Assembly (NCBI GenBank): GCA_017560085.1
Contig: JAFYPA010000051.1
Span: forward strand, 6,918-70,917
From: Clostridia bacterium
Lineage (GTDB): Bacteria; Bacillota; Clostridia; Oscillospirales; CAG-382
Length of the DNA stretch: 64,000 nt
Reading direction: 5' to 3'
Shown: positions 32,201-41,340 of the stretch, in pieces
Layout: every line of letters starts with the position of its first letter
Numbering within the stretch: position 1 is the first letter of the stretch
Position numbers and translations under genes: made by a program
The notes under the pieces: model-generated
Seen by the model: the letters and a program-made list of their open reading frames with translations, nothing else
What the model was told of the DNA's origin: nothing
Databases searched by the model: none

Positions 32201-32869
32201 GTCGTTCTTTATAAGCTCGCCGAAATATGTGCCGAAGATTTCGTCACAGTCCTGAACCTCTCTGTATTTGTCAATGTAGGAGGCAAGCTTTTTCTGCGGG
32301 TCTGAAAGTCCGCGAAGCTTTCTGTAAAGCTTGAGAAGTGAGTCGGAAAGATTGTTGTCGTTTCTCGCACCTGAGAGAATCTCAACCGTTCTGTGGAACA
32401 CAGAGCCGTCGGGTGCTTTTTCGTATCTTTCCGAAATTATTCTGTCAAGAGTAGCCTTCAGAAGAACATTAACCTCCGTTTCCTCACCCATACGAAGAAC
32501 GCTCGGAAGGGACAACGCCTCGAAATTCGACTTTATTATATCAAGACAGAAGGAGTGAATGGTGCTGATTTTCGCAAGACCAATAAGCGAAAGCTGTCGT
32601 CTTGCGCGTCTGTTTGCGGGATTCTTGCTTACAAACTCGGAAAGCTCCTTGTAAAGCCTTGCACGAAGCTCTCCCGTTGCCGCCTTTGTAAAGGTAACCA
32701 CAAGAAACTCGGAAATGTCGCCCTCCTCGTTTTCCGAGCAAAGGCGGGAAATCAGCCTTTTGGTGAGTATGGCGGTCTTACCGCTTCCCGCAGCGGCGGC
32801 AACAAGCAGAGTTCCGCTTCTGTCGTCAACAGCGGTCTGTTGTGCTTTGGTAAGCTTTATTTCAGCCAT
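29243..32869 (-). CDS. addA: ATP-dependent helicase/nuclease subunit A
   Basis: AAAGSGKT, IDEYQDTN, VGDVKQSIYRFR, SIHRSKGLEFP, YVAMTRA and a RecB-type nuclease motif (QGVSDLYF...LVDFKT). Start MAEIKL. Confidence 0.96.
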   Translation of the reverse strand: MAEIKLTKAQQTAVDDRSGTLLVAAAAGSGKTAILTKRLISRLCSENEEGDISEFLVVTFTKAATGELRARLYKELSEFVSKNPANRRARRQLSLIGLAKISTIHSFCLDIIKSNFEALSLPSVLRMGEETEVNVLLKATLDRIISERYEKAPDGSVFHRTVEILSGARNDNNLSDSLLKLYRKLRGLSDPQKKLASYIDKYREVQDCDEIFGTYFGELIKNDISYELDKAVADLECVDTRAELEPDAYTVLHDAILHDIESIKSVKAALSEGYTATRNAASTFKAATCKRKPKECDCSDYIDSLKDIRSDSNKKVSAMFTKYLGADECIVKQAARESREVLEEIYSLLTELDSEFSRRKLEQGILDFSDLEQYTLKLLVEDTGEFSGEFRRTALAEVISANYKEIYIDEYQDTNDVQDMIFRAVSTYDKEKGTETNRFLVGDVKQSIYRFRGAQPEIFSSYIRMFSDVGGDVNGEFTTHKLYLSNNFRCSENVIRSTNQVFFRIMDDYTEDDSLIYSKHETTKVNAPTELVVLNSVPDEEAATEETLPDEAFYIASRIREMAYNPEYRNEKGEMYRYSDFAVLERSANSLSDPFRRAFRKMRVPFTSDTPEDFFKLPEVLLAMCLFNCVDNPQRDIYTAGLMYSPLFGFTADDLAIIRCTDRKTSFFGSVSLYAENAEDGELKDKVCAFLETLSRFRSRSRGTPTDILVAEMFEELGMYDIYNSSPEKRKNVRKLYEMARTFEKTSFRGLSAILDYLVDLSQGDSGSRPDAKTDSVKFMSIHRSKGLEFPVVFVGGLMREFNLADEREPIIFSSKYGIGVKLRDTEDSGITETRRNFSSINTPFREAIRGGERALMLEEEKRLLYVAMTRARDRLILVANTKDKEKTFGNAGIRREGGFESYGKYAMCYFDFLYHALTDKEFSDMQKAEAEVYDGAFKCFTADVSNSILKKKAAKDEAERKAPELDSTKIDAYSRAISEAKKNGHYSSALSKISAKLSVSRLKKGLLDEEQTLGMKVTVKKKPSFMLDKAEADAAEKGTAAHTFMQFADFDRLSEKGSQSEADRLLSLGFITARMHRILDTEPLDAFVGSKLFGMMKNAPKLYRERRFNLKLPASEFTEKYDERLKDEFILVQGVSDLYFENPDGTLTLVDFKTDNVREADGEEILRNRHTEQLRYYKRAVEEITAKTVSKVYLYSFALSREVEIKI

Positions 32870-35800
32870 TCCCTTCACCTCCCGTGGATTTTTCAAATAC
32901 CTCGTCCGTGTATTTTGTCATTGTGTATCTTGTGCCGTCCTCACCGTTTTCGTAACGGCAGAAGGGCGCAAGGTCACAGTAGGTGCAGGAGTTGTGCTCG
33001 CACCTGTAAGGATTCTTTGCTATTTTACCGCTCTTCATTTCGCCCGCAAGCTTTGAGGCAACCTCAGCCGCGCAGGAAAGAAGCCTTCCCATTGTCTCAA
33101 GGCTTATAACCGAGGAATAGGAACTGAAGCTTCCGTCCTTGTTAAGCTTTACGGGAATGTACTTACCCTCAAGATTCTTCTCCATAGCGGTAAGAGCCTC
33201 CATACGGTCAATGAGAATACCGTTGGTCTTGAAGTCGTTCTTCTCGTCCTTGCCGTTGTCCTCGCCAAGCTCGTAGCTGTAGGTCGGTCGGTGAATTGGC
33301 GTGTAAAGAACTCCCGCGGGAATTATCTCGCCGTTGCCGTATCTCGGACCTGCGTTCTTTGTAAGGCTGTAAAGATAGAGAAGCATCTGAAGATTTATAC
33401 CCGAGCTTACATCGTTCAGATTGAACTTCTTTGAGCCCGTCTTGTAGTCGTCCACACGGACGTAAACCTTGCCGTCCTTTTTGTATATGTCCGTTCTGTC
33501 AACCTTGCCGTTGATGGTGAGAGTGCCGCTTTCGTTACCGTACGAATCAAATATGGGAATACTGGAGAAGGGCACATCCGCATTTCTTCCGCCTATGGAC
33601 ATTTCAAAGTCCACGGGAACGAATTCCGCCTCCATAAGCTCCCGTGTCATAGCGTTAACGCAGGCATCGAGTGCACCCGTGAGCCTCTTGTACAGATATC
33701 TGAATCTCCTTGAAAGCTCCTTCTCTGCCTTTTCTCCCACAAGCTCTGTGACATATGCGTCAAGAAGGGCGTGCTCGCGCTCTATCGCATATTCGGGAGT
33801 TATCTCCTCACCCTTCTGCTTTTTCTCGGAAAGCTCGGCAATGAGAAGCTCAAGAATCTTATGTATGATATTGCCCGACTCCGCAGGACCCAATGATGCG
33901 GTTCTTTCGGGTGAGAGAGCAAGCGTGTAAGTGCCGAAATAGGAGCAGGCACAGTTGTTGAATTTTTCAAGCCTTGAAGGGCTGAGCATTATATCGCGAC
34001 CGAAAAGCATCCCGGACGTATTTTCCGAAAGATACTTCTGATACGAATCCGCCGCCGATTTAGGATTTATTCCCTTGGAGGCAAGATATTTCTCCAAAGC
34101 CTTTGTAAGCTCGGGATTTTCCGGTGTCATTTCGGACACAAGCGACTTATCCGAAAGGTACATCTTAAGAGCTGCAACGGCATCCGCCTTTTCCTCCTCA
34201 AGTCCGTCAAGAGCCGTTTTGCACATTGACACAACAGAGGAAGGCTTGCACTCGCTTCCGTCCATATCGGATTCCGAATAAAGCAGGAATAAGCCCTTTG
34301 ATGCGGAGGAAATCGCCTTGTAAGCAAGGAAAAGCTCGTCGTATGCAAGGTCTGCGGTAGTGCCCGAAAGCTCAAGTCCTATATCACGAAGAAGCACTCG
34401 CTCCTTGTCCGAGAAAACATTGTCCGCCGAAGGATTTCTCGGGAAATTGCCGTCGTTGAGTCCCACAATAATCGTGTAGTCGTTTTTGGTAGCTCTGAAA
34501 AGCTCCGCATTTGCAACTGTAACCTCGTCAACTGTTGCGGGAATTCTGCCCGTATCGTATGCGGAAAGAATCATTTCGAACATTGAGGCGTATTCGGTGG
34601 GAGTTATAAAGTCGCTTCCGCAGATGTCCGCAATGCAGTCGAGGGTGTCCATAACCATATTGTGGTATACGGCCTCATCCTCACTTATGGTATCGGGATT
34701 GTATTTTCCGCTCTCAAGAAGGCGTACTATCGCCTCGGAGATTTTGTTTGCCGAGGAGGCATCGCGGATTTCCTCATCAAATACGGACAGAGGTGTTATG
34801 AGAAGCTTCTGCGACTCGCGGACAATTTCAAGTATTTCAGCATTTCTCGGCGACATTTCCGAAATTGCGTTGTAGCCGTCGGGATTCATTGTCCATTCTA
34901 CGTCCGTGAAGCCCTTGCCCTTGATGTCCCAGGTTTTTATGTAGCATTCCGTAAGGTCTGCCTGCGTGTCTGAAAGAGCCGTAAGCCCCGTCTTGAGTAT
35001 ACGCAGAACCGACTGTGTGGATTTAGTCCTTGAAAATTCAAACGCCGAAACTATGTAGGAGGCAACAGGCCTTGTAAGAAGGTCATACTTTACCGAGAAG
35101 CCGAAGGGAATTTCGTTTTCGGAAAGCTCCGTATCGAATATACCGCAAAGCTCATCGGGATTTCGGGAAAGCACGGTGATATCCGAGTATCTCGCACCCT
35201 CCCGGGTAAGCTTGTTTATTATCGCCGCCGTGATTTTTGCCTCGTCGTATATGCTCTTGCACTTGTAAAGCTTCACGCCGCTGCTGCTGAAGCTGCAAAG
35301 CTCGGGCTTGTCCTCGAGAAGCTCAAAGGCAAAGGTGCGCTCGAGATTCTTGAGGTTTTCGTCAAGATAGCCGTTACCGAAGTCCGTGACAATATCCTCG
35401 GAATCAATAAAATTATCCGAGGCAAGGCGTGAGATTTTCTCATATGCCTTTTTGCCCCTCGCGAAAAGAATGTTGTCCTTGCCCTTTTCGTAAAGATAGG
35501 TAACGTAAGCCTCGTCCGCATCCCTGATAATTCTGTCAATAACGGAAATTTCGGGAACGGTAAAGCTGTAGAAGGAGTCTATAATTACACTTTTCCCACG
35601 GAAAAACTTGCTGTCGCAAAGAACGCTCGCAAGCCTCTCAAGGTCGTCGTTGCTGTCACGGCAGTCAAAATCCTTGCCGAAGATTTCCTCGGAGATTCTG
35701 TTGTACGCCGTGTATATAAGAGCAAAATCACGGAGCTTTCCGCAAAGACGCTCACTGCCCGTGCCCTCAAGCCTTTCCGAGAATTTCTCCAGTGCCTCGA

Positions 35801-36197
35801 CACTCACTCCGTAGGTTCTGAATTCGTTTATGACATGCAGAGCCTTGCCGACAAAATCGGGATTTTCGCTCGCACCCTTGTATTCGCAAAGAAGTCCGCG
35901 GGCTTCTTTTATAGCCTTGTACATCAGAAGAAGCTTGTGGGCGGAGTCGATATATTTTTGAGTAAGTCCGCCCGTCTCACGGAAGACTCTGTTGCAAAGG
36001 CGCTTGAAGCTTATAACCTCAATGTATTCGTTTGAGCGGTTGCCAAGACGCTCGATTACCCTTCGCTCATATGCAAGCGCGCCTTGCTCGGGAACAATGA
36101 GAAAGGTGTGCTTTTTCTCGTTTATAAGCCTTTCGCACAGAGAAAGAACATATTCCGTCTTTCCGCTTTTTGCTCTGCCGAGTATGTTGTGAAGCAA
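32862..36197 (-). CDS. addB: ATP-dependent helicase/nuclease subunit B
   Basis: GRAKSGKT, LSPSRLEKFNNCACSYF, GKVDRTD, DDYKTG, QMLLY and a C-terminal C..C.....C Fe-S motif. TTG start with RBS GAGGTGA. Confidence 0.94.
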   Translation of the reverse strand: MLHNILGRAKSGKTEYVLSLCERLINEKKHTFLIVPEQGALAYERRVIERLGNRSNEYIEVISFKRLCNRVFRETGGLTQKYIDSAHKLLLMYKAIKEARGLLCEYKGASENPDFVGKALHVINEFRTYGVSVEALEKFSERLEGTGSERLCGKLRDFALIYTAYNRISEEIFGKDFDCRDSNDDLERLASVLCDSKFFRGKSVIIDSFYSFTVPEISVIDRIIRDADEAYVTYLYEKGKDNILFARGKKAYEKISRLASDNFIDSEDIVTDFGNGYLDENLKNLERTFAFELLEDKPELCSFSSSGVKLYKCKSIYDEAKITAAIINKLTREGARYSDITVLSRNPDELCGIFDTELSENEIPFGFSVKYDLLTRPVASYIVSAFEFSRTKSTQSVLRILKTGLTALSDTQADLTECYIKTWDIKGKGFTDVEWTMNPDGYNAISEMSPRNAEILEIVRESQKLLITPLSVFDEEIRDASSANKISEAIVRLLESGKYNPDTISEDEAVYHNMVMDTLDCIADICGSDFITPTEYASMFEMILSAYDTGRIPATVDEVTVANAELFRATKNDYTIIVGLNDGNFPRNPSADNVFSDKERVLLRDIGLELSGTTADLAYDELFLAYKAISSASKGLFLLYSESDMDGSECKPSSVVSMCKTALDGLEEEKADAVAALKMYLSDKSLVSEMTPENPELTKALEKYLASKGINPKSAADSYQKYLSENTSGMLFGRDIMLSPSRLEKFNNCACSYFGTYTLALSPERTASLGPAESGNIIHKILELLIAELSEKKQKGEEITPEYAIEREHALLDAYVTELVGEKAEKELSRRFRYLYKRLTGALDACVNAMTRELMEAEFVPVDFEMSIGGRNADVPFSSIPIFDSYGNESGTLTINGKVDRTDIYKKDGKVYVRVDDYKTGSKKFNLNDVSSGINLQMLLYLYSLTKNAGPRYGNGEIIPAGVLYTPIHRPTYSYELGEDNGKDEKNDFKTNGILIDRMEALTAMEKNLEGKYIPVKLNKDGSFSSYSSVISLETMGRLLSCAAEVASKLAGEMKSGKIAKNPYRCEHNSCTYCDLAPFCRYENGEDGTRYTMTKYTDEVFEKSTGGEGNG

Positions 36198-36206
36198 GGT
36201 GTCACC

Positions 36207-36863
36207 TCATTTCCTTTTGTATATTTTATCAAGAAAGAAGAAACGAATCTCCTTCCGTATGCTTTTTTGCTCGTCAATAACGCCTATTTCACCGTCCGAA
36301 AAGCCGAGCCTTGCAAGCTCGCCCTCGTTTTCGTATTTCTGCACGGTAGAGCTCGCAAGACACATCGGCGGAAACAGCACGCACCACCAGTTCTTTCCCT
36401 CGGCTCTGCCGATTTTAACCCTCAGAGAGCAGTATTTCCCCGCGGGAAAGCGGTATTTTCCGTACTGTCTTTCAGGATAGATTTCGTAGCCTGTCACGGT
36501 GGAAGCACCGTAGCTGTATCCGTTTTCGCGTATGACCTCTTCTGCGATTTCTGTGATTCTGTCCGAATTCTCCGAAAGAAGCGCCTTTGCCTCGGAAACG
36601 GTTTTCGTATCCTTCAATAGCTCTGTTGTAAACATTGTCACTCTGTCGCGGACAAGAAGCTTCAGAGCCTGATCGTCATCGCTGTCGGAATTTGCCAGAA
36701 CATGAAAACGGATTACGTCACGGTAAAGCTCCGTCTCTCCGTCCATAGGCGTTATTGCCGAGTAGACAGATGCAGAAAACAGCACAAACAGAAGAAGCAC
36801 GGAAATCCACCGAATATCAAGTCTTTTGCGGACCCTTTGGAAATAAGCCTTTATACCTGTCAT
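36207..36863 (-). CDS. spoIIR: Stage II sporulation protein R
   Basis: IRFHVLANSDSDDDQALKLLVRD, FPAGKY, GKNWWCVLFPPMC. Start placed at MTGIK behind GGAGG. Confidence 0.95.
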   Translation of the reverse strand: MTGIKAYFQRVRKRLDIRWISVLLLFVLFSASVYSAITPMDGETELYRDVIRFHVLANSDSDDDQALKLLVRDRVTMFTTELLKDTKTVSEAKALLSENSDRITEIAEEVIRENGYSYGASTVTGYEIYPERQYGKYRFPAGKYCSLRVKIGRAEGKNWWCVLFPPMCLASSTVQKYENEGELARLGFSDGEIGVIDEQKSIRKEIRFFFLDKIYKRK

Positions 36864-36926
36864 ATAAACCTCCGAAAATCGAGTATGTACCAATTGTTGC
36901 CCGAAATCCGAAGGTTATTCAGAAAA

Positions 36927-37814
36927 TTATATTTTACAGATGGATTTTCTCACATCAAAGGGAAGCTCACCCAGAGCATCGTACGCCTTCTGAGCCTCGC
37001 TCTCGCTTGTGAATATACCGAATACGGCACTTCCGCTTCCCGACATCTGTGCAGTGTACGCACCGCTCCTGAGAAGCGACTTCTTGATTTTGCCAATCTC
37101 GGGCACCTCGTGAATGCAAATCGGCTCGAACTGATTTACAATGTTGTCGCAGATTCTTCCGAAGTCCTCCTGCTCGAGAGCGGCTATCATGGAATTCACC
37201 TTTACGGAAGGAAGAACGTGCTTCTTCTCGTCGAAAAGGTCATAGATATCCCTTGTGGAAAGCCCCTTGTCGGGAGTGCCTGTAACACAGTAGCACATAG
37301 GCATCATGGGAAGCTTTTTGAGAGTCGTTCCCGTGCCCGTAGCAAGAGCACAGTCGTACTTTTCAAGCATAAAGGGAACATCCGAGCCAAGCTCTGCGGC
37401 GATTTCCTCCTTTTCCTTCTCGTTTACAACGCCAAGAAGTCTTGTAAGAGCATCAAGAACAGCCGCACAGTCAGCACTTCCTCCGCCGAGACCTGCCTTG
37501 TCGGGGATGTTCTTTTCTATTTCGATTATGCAGGAGGCGATTTTTCCGCACTTCTTGTAATAAAGATCCATAAATCTTTCCGCCGCCTTGTATGCAAGGT
37601 TGTCCTTTTCCTCGCATACGGGCTTTGAGCAGATAACTCTGATTTCGCCCGCATTTTCGTCCGTTCGCTCTGTGTCAACCGTAACCTTCACAACGTCGCA
37701 AAGACCGATTTTGTGCATAACGGACTGCATATCGTGATAGCCGTCACGACGCTTGTCGAAAATTTCAAGAGTGAGATTTACCTTTGCTCTTGCGTTTATT
37801 GTCAATGATTCCAT
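36927..37814 (-). CDS. ispE: 4-diphosphocytidyl-2-C-methyl-D-erythritol kinase
   Basis: AKVNLTL, GYHDMQSVM, IPDKAGLGGGSAD, GSDVPF, MSGSGSAVFG. Confidence 0.95.
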   Translation of the reverse strand: MESLTINARAKVNLTLEIFDKRRDGYHDMQSVMHKIGLCDVVKVTVDTERTDENAGEIRVICSKPVCEEKDNLAYKAAERFMDLYYKKCGKIASCIIEIEKNIPDKAGLGGGSADCAAVLDALTRLLGVVNEKEKEEIAAELGSDVPFMLEKYDCALATGTGTTLKKLPMMPMCYCVTGTPDKGLSTRDIYDLFDEKKHVLPSVKVNSMIAALEQEDFGRICDNIVNQFEPICIHEVPEIGKIKKSLLRSGAYTAQMSGSGSAVFGIFTSESEAQKAYDALGELPFDVRKSICKI

Positions 37815-37870
37815 AATAACGCACCTTTCGTAAAAAGGGTACGAGAAAATATCCGCGTACCCTGTAAATG

Positions 37871-39043
37871 TTATTTCAAAGCTTCAATGAATTCTTCCAT
37901 TCTTTCAAGAGCCTTTTTTATATGCTCTACGGAATATGCATAGGAAATTCTCGCAAAGCCCTCGCCGGATTCACCGAAGGCTGTACCGGGAACGATTGCC
38001 ACATGCTTGGAATAAAGAAGCTTTTCGCAGAATTCCTCGCTTGTCATACCGAACTTTCCTATGTTGGGGAAAATGTAGAACGCACCCTCCGGCTCAAAGC
38101 TGTCAAGACCCATCTTCTTAAGTCCCGCGTGGATAAGCTTTCTTCTCTGGTCGTAGGATTCCTTCATAAATTCAATGTCTTCATCACCGTTACGAAGTGC
38201 CTCAATTCCCGCATACTGGCTGGTTGTGGGAGCACACATAATCGCATACTGATGAAGCTTTACCATCTGCTGCATAATTTCCTTGGGAGCGCAGGCATAA
38301 CCGAGTCTCCATCCCGTCATGGCATAAGCCTTTGAAAGACCGCTGACAAGGATTGTTCTCTCCTTCATACCGGGAAGAGAAGCAAAGGAAACGTGCTTTT
38401 TGCCGTAGGTGAGCTCTGCGTAGATTTCGTCGGAAAGAACGATAATATTTCTCTCTCTTACGATATCCGCAATTTTTTCAAGCTCCTCCTTTGTCATAAT
38501 ACCGCCCGTGGGATTTGACGGGTAGGGGAGTATAAGCATTTTAGTCTTGTCGGAAATTGCCGCAAGAAGCTTTTCGGGTGTGAGCTTGAACTTGTCCTTG
38601 AGCTCCGTATTGACAACAACGGGAATACCGCCCGCAAGACTTGCCAAGGGTCCGTAGCATACAAAGGAGGGCTCAACCACGATAACCTCGTCACCGGGCT
38701 CAAGAACCGCACGCATAGCAAGGTCAATAGCCTCACTTCCGCCAACTGTACAAAGCACCTCGGTTTCGGGAGTATAGGAAAGTCCGAAGCGTCTTTCAAG
38801 ATAGTTGCAAACCTCACGTCTGAATTCCAACAGACCGCTGTTTGATGTGTAATATGTTCTGCCGTCCTCAAGAGAGTTAATACCTGCCTCACGGATGTGC
38901 CATGGTGTATCAAAGTCGGGCTGACCTACCGTAAGGGAGATAACGTCATCCATTTCGTCAAGTATATCAAAGAATTTTCTGATTCCCGAAGGCTTTATTG
39001 AGGTGACCTTTGAGGAAAGGATTTTGCTGTAGTCTATCATCAC
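37871..39043 (-). CDS. PLP-dependent aminotransferase class I/II (YugH/AlaT-like)
   Basis: GQPDFDTP, PSNPTG, LSDEIY, SGLSKAYAMTGWRLGY. Confidence 0.93.
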   Translation of the reverse strand: MMIDYSKILSSKVTSIKPSGIRKFFDILDEMDDVISLTVGQPDFDTPWHIREAGINSLEDGRTYYTSNSGLLEFRREVCNYLERRFGLSYTPETEVLCTVGGSEAIDLAMRAVLEPGDEVIVVEPSFVCYGPLASLAGGIPVVVNTELKDKFKLTPEKLLAAISDKTKMLILPYPSNPTGGIMTKEELEKIADIVRERNIIVLSDEIYAELTYGKKHVSFASLPGMKERTILVSGLSKAYAMTGWRLGYACAPKEIMQQMVKLHQYAIMCAPTTSQYAGIEALRNGDEDIEFMKESYDQRRKLIHAGLKKMGLDSFEPEGAFYIFPNIGKFGMTSEEFCEKLLYSKHVAIVPGTAFGESGEGFARISYAYSVEHIKKALERMEEFIEALK

Positions 39044-39537
39044 ATGAGTATTCCTTTCTCTCTTTTATCCTCGGCTGCCTTTGCACCGTGTATAACGCCC
39101 TCCGTCTTGTACTTGCGGAGAACAAAGTGAGTTGCCGTGGAAATAACGCCCTCGCAGGGAGCAAGCTTTTCCGCAACGAAAAGAGCAACCTCCTTCATTG
39201 TCTTGCCTTCAATAATAACGGTGAAGTCAAAGCCGCCGGACATAAGATACATATCCTTTACCTCGGAGTATCTGTAAATCTTCTCGGCAACCTTGTCATA
39301 GCCCTTGTCTCTTGAGGGTGTAACCTTAAGCTCGATAAGAGCTGTTACGCTTTCAACGTCTGTTTCCTCCCAGTCAATGAGAGTTCTGTAGCCGACGATA
39401 ACGCCGTTCTTTTCATATTTTTCTATAATTTCCTTAATCTCGCCGATTTCCTTTTCAAGCATAACCGCAAGATTGTCCGCTGTAAGTCTGGGATCCTCTT
39501 CTATAAGGTGAAGAACCTTTTTATCAAGTGCTTTCAT
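39040..39537 (-). CDS. Lrp/AsnC family regulator (YugG/AlaR-like)
   Basis: N-terminal HTH, LMSGGFD, TATHFVLRKYK; coupled to the aminotransferase as in yugG-yugH. Confidence 0.9.
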   Translation of the reverse strand: MKALDKKVLHLIEEDPRLTADNLAVMLEKEIGEIKEIIEKYEKNGVIVGYRTLIDWEETDVESVTALIELKVTPSRDKGYDKVAEKIYRYSEVKDMYLMSGGFDFTVIIEGKTMKEVALFVAEKLAPCEGVISTATHFVLRKYKTEGVIHGAKAAEDKREKGILM

Positions 39538-39567
39538 TGTTTTATATCCTTTCGTATCTTTTTTTCG

Positions 39568-40341
39568 TTAAATTGTATTGCTATTTCCGAACAGAAATTC
39601 AAGTCCGTCGCGAATGTGCAAATCCCACCATTTCCAACTGTGGTCGCCCTCGGATTCACGGTAGGTGTGCTGTATGCCGAGCTCGGAAAGACAGTCACGG
39701 TAGCTTCTGTTGACGTGGATAAGTCTGTCCTCGGTGCCGCACCACATAAATATCTTTGGGAATTCAACACCCGCTTCCTTATTCTTACGAGCCTTGTAAT
39801 ATAAATCATGCTCCGTGCCCTCAAGCTCAAGAGGACTTTCCATACAGGGGTTGAATATCGCTCTCCAAAGAGGTAGGTCGCAAGGTCTGTTCTTTCTTGT
39901 GATATCCAGCGAGCCTGAGAGGGAAACACATCCCGCATACCTTTCGGGGCACCACATAGCCGCTTTCATAGCGCCGTAGCCACCCATCGAAAGACCTGCA
40001 ATAAAGCTGTCCTCACGCTTGTCGGAAAGCCCGAAATACATCTTGCAGGCATTTGGAAGCTCCTCTGTGAGATATGTAAAATAGTTCTCACCGAAGGTCG
40101 TGTCCGTATACCAGAATCTTCCGACGTCGGGCATTACAACAGCAATGCCGTATTCGTGGGCGTACTTTTCAATATTGGAATTGTTTCTCCAGGCGGTATG
40201 ATTGTCGGAAAGACCGTGAAGCAGATAAAGTGTCCTTATTCTGCCGATTTCCTCCCTCTTTTTTGCATCGGGGAGTATCACGTTGACCATAGTCTGCTTT
40301 TTCTGCTCCTGCGAGTAGAATTTCATTTCAATAAATGCCAT
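39568..40341 (-). CDS. Alpha/beta-hydrolase, putative esterase family
   Basis: LYLLHGLSD, AGLSMGGYGA nucleophile elbow, CGTED, GDHSWKWWD. Confidence 0.9.
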   Translation of the reverse strand: MAFIEMKFYSQEQKKQTMVNVILPDAKKREEIGRIRTLYLLHGLSDNHTAWRNNSNIEKYAHEYGIAVVMPDVGRFWYTDTTFGENYFTYLTEELPNACKMYFGLSDKREDSFIAGLSMGGYGAMKAAMWCPERYAGCVSLSGSLDITRKNRPCDLPLWRAIFNPCMESPLELEGTEHDLYYKARKNKEAGVEFPKIFMWCGTEDRLIHVNRSYRDCLSELGIQHTYRESEGDHSWKWWDLHIRDGLEFLFGNSNTI

Positions 40342-40369
40342 ATTAAAAATCCTTTCAAGCCGTACACAA

Positions 40370-41128
40370 TCAGATAACTATGCCGCCGTTGGGGCTTATA
40401 ACCTGACCCGTGATAAAGTCTCCGCCGTCACCTGCAAGGAAAAGCACCGTTTTTGCAATGTCCTCGCATTTGCCAATGCATCCCAGCGGAGTTTCATCGC
40501 AAAGAGCCTTGCGGTCATCATCCGAGAGAGCCTTGTTCATCTCCGTGTCAATGACACCTGGGGCAACGCAGTTTACCGTGATTCCCGAGGGACCCACTTC
40601 CTTTGCGAGAGCCTTTGTAAGACCGATTATCGCCGCCTTGCTTGTGGAGTAATGCACCTCGCAGGATGAACCGCATATTCCCCAGATTGAGGAAATGTTG
40701 ATTATCCTTCCGCACTTTTCACTTATCATCCTCGGTAAAGCTCTTTTTGTGCAAAGGAATACCGAATCGAGATTTGTCGCCATAGTTTCGTGCCAAGCCT
40801 CAAGCGTCAGATCCTGAAACAGGGAATAGGAGGAAACAGCCGCATTGTTCACAAGCACGTCAACTTTTCCGAAGGTCTTTTCTGCAGTATCAAACAGAGA
40901 ATTTACTTCATCCTCCCTTGATACATCCGCACCGACAGCTAAAACTCTGCCGAATTTTTCATCCTTGTTCTGTGAGGAAATTTCCTCAAGCTCCTTCTGG
41001 AGCATAGTGGCTCGCGCACCGCTTTTATTGTAGTTGATTATTACGTTGTATTCACCCGAAAGGAATGCCGAGCGTGCGATTTCTGCGCCAATTCCGCGGG
41101 ATGAGCCTGTAATAAGTATGGTTTTCAT
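40370..41128 (-). CDS. SDR reductase, FabG/YmfI(EfpI)-like
   Basis: TGSSRGIG, NNAA, ISSIWGICGSSCEVHYSTSK (YxxxK); the WG..G.SCEV.YS pattern is typical of the YmfI subgroup. Confidence 0.85.
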   Translation of the reverse strand: MKTILITGSSRGIGAEIARSAFLSGEYNVIINYNKSGARATMLQKELEEISSQNKDEKFGRVLAVGADVSREDEVNSLFDTAEKTFGKVDVLVNNAAVSSYSLFQDLTLEAWHETMATNLDSVFLCTKRALPRMISEKCGRIINISSIWGICGSSCEVHYSTSKAAIIGLTKALAKEVGPSGITVNCVAPGVIDTEMNKALSDDDRKALCDETPLGCIGKCEDIAKTVLFLAGDGGDFITGQVISPNGGIVI

Positions 41129-41145
41129 AGCATCACCTTTTTTAG

Positions 41146-41321
41146 AGGAACTAGGGATTAGGAACTAGGAACTAGGGAATGAGGATTTTACCTCGTAAAA
41201 TCTGCATTTTTATTTATTTGAAAAAGATAAAACCCAAAACTGCACATTTAACTTTAAATCCAATCGAAAATTGCGAAGCAATTATCCTTCCCTAGTTCCT
41301 AGTTCCTAATCCCTAGTTCCT
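41146..41321. mobile_element. MITE/REP-like element with perfect 34-bp terminal inverted repeats built from heptamers
   Basis: AGGAACTAGGGATTAGGAACTAGGAACTAGGGAA at 41146-41179 and its exact reverse complement at 41288-41321. Non-coding interior with GATTTTAC-CTC-GTAAAATC and AATTGC-GAA-GCAATT hairpins. Mobility is not demonstrated. Confidence 0.55.
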
Positions 41322-41340
41322 AATTCCTACTTTTCTTATG

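Noticed and set aside
36864-36926. Sporulation sigma-F promoter for spoIIR
   Set aside because: GGTACATACT resembles a -10 element, but no correctly spaced -35 could be identified.
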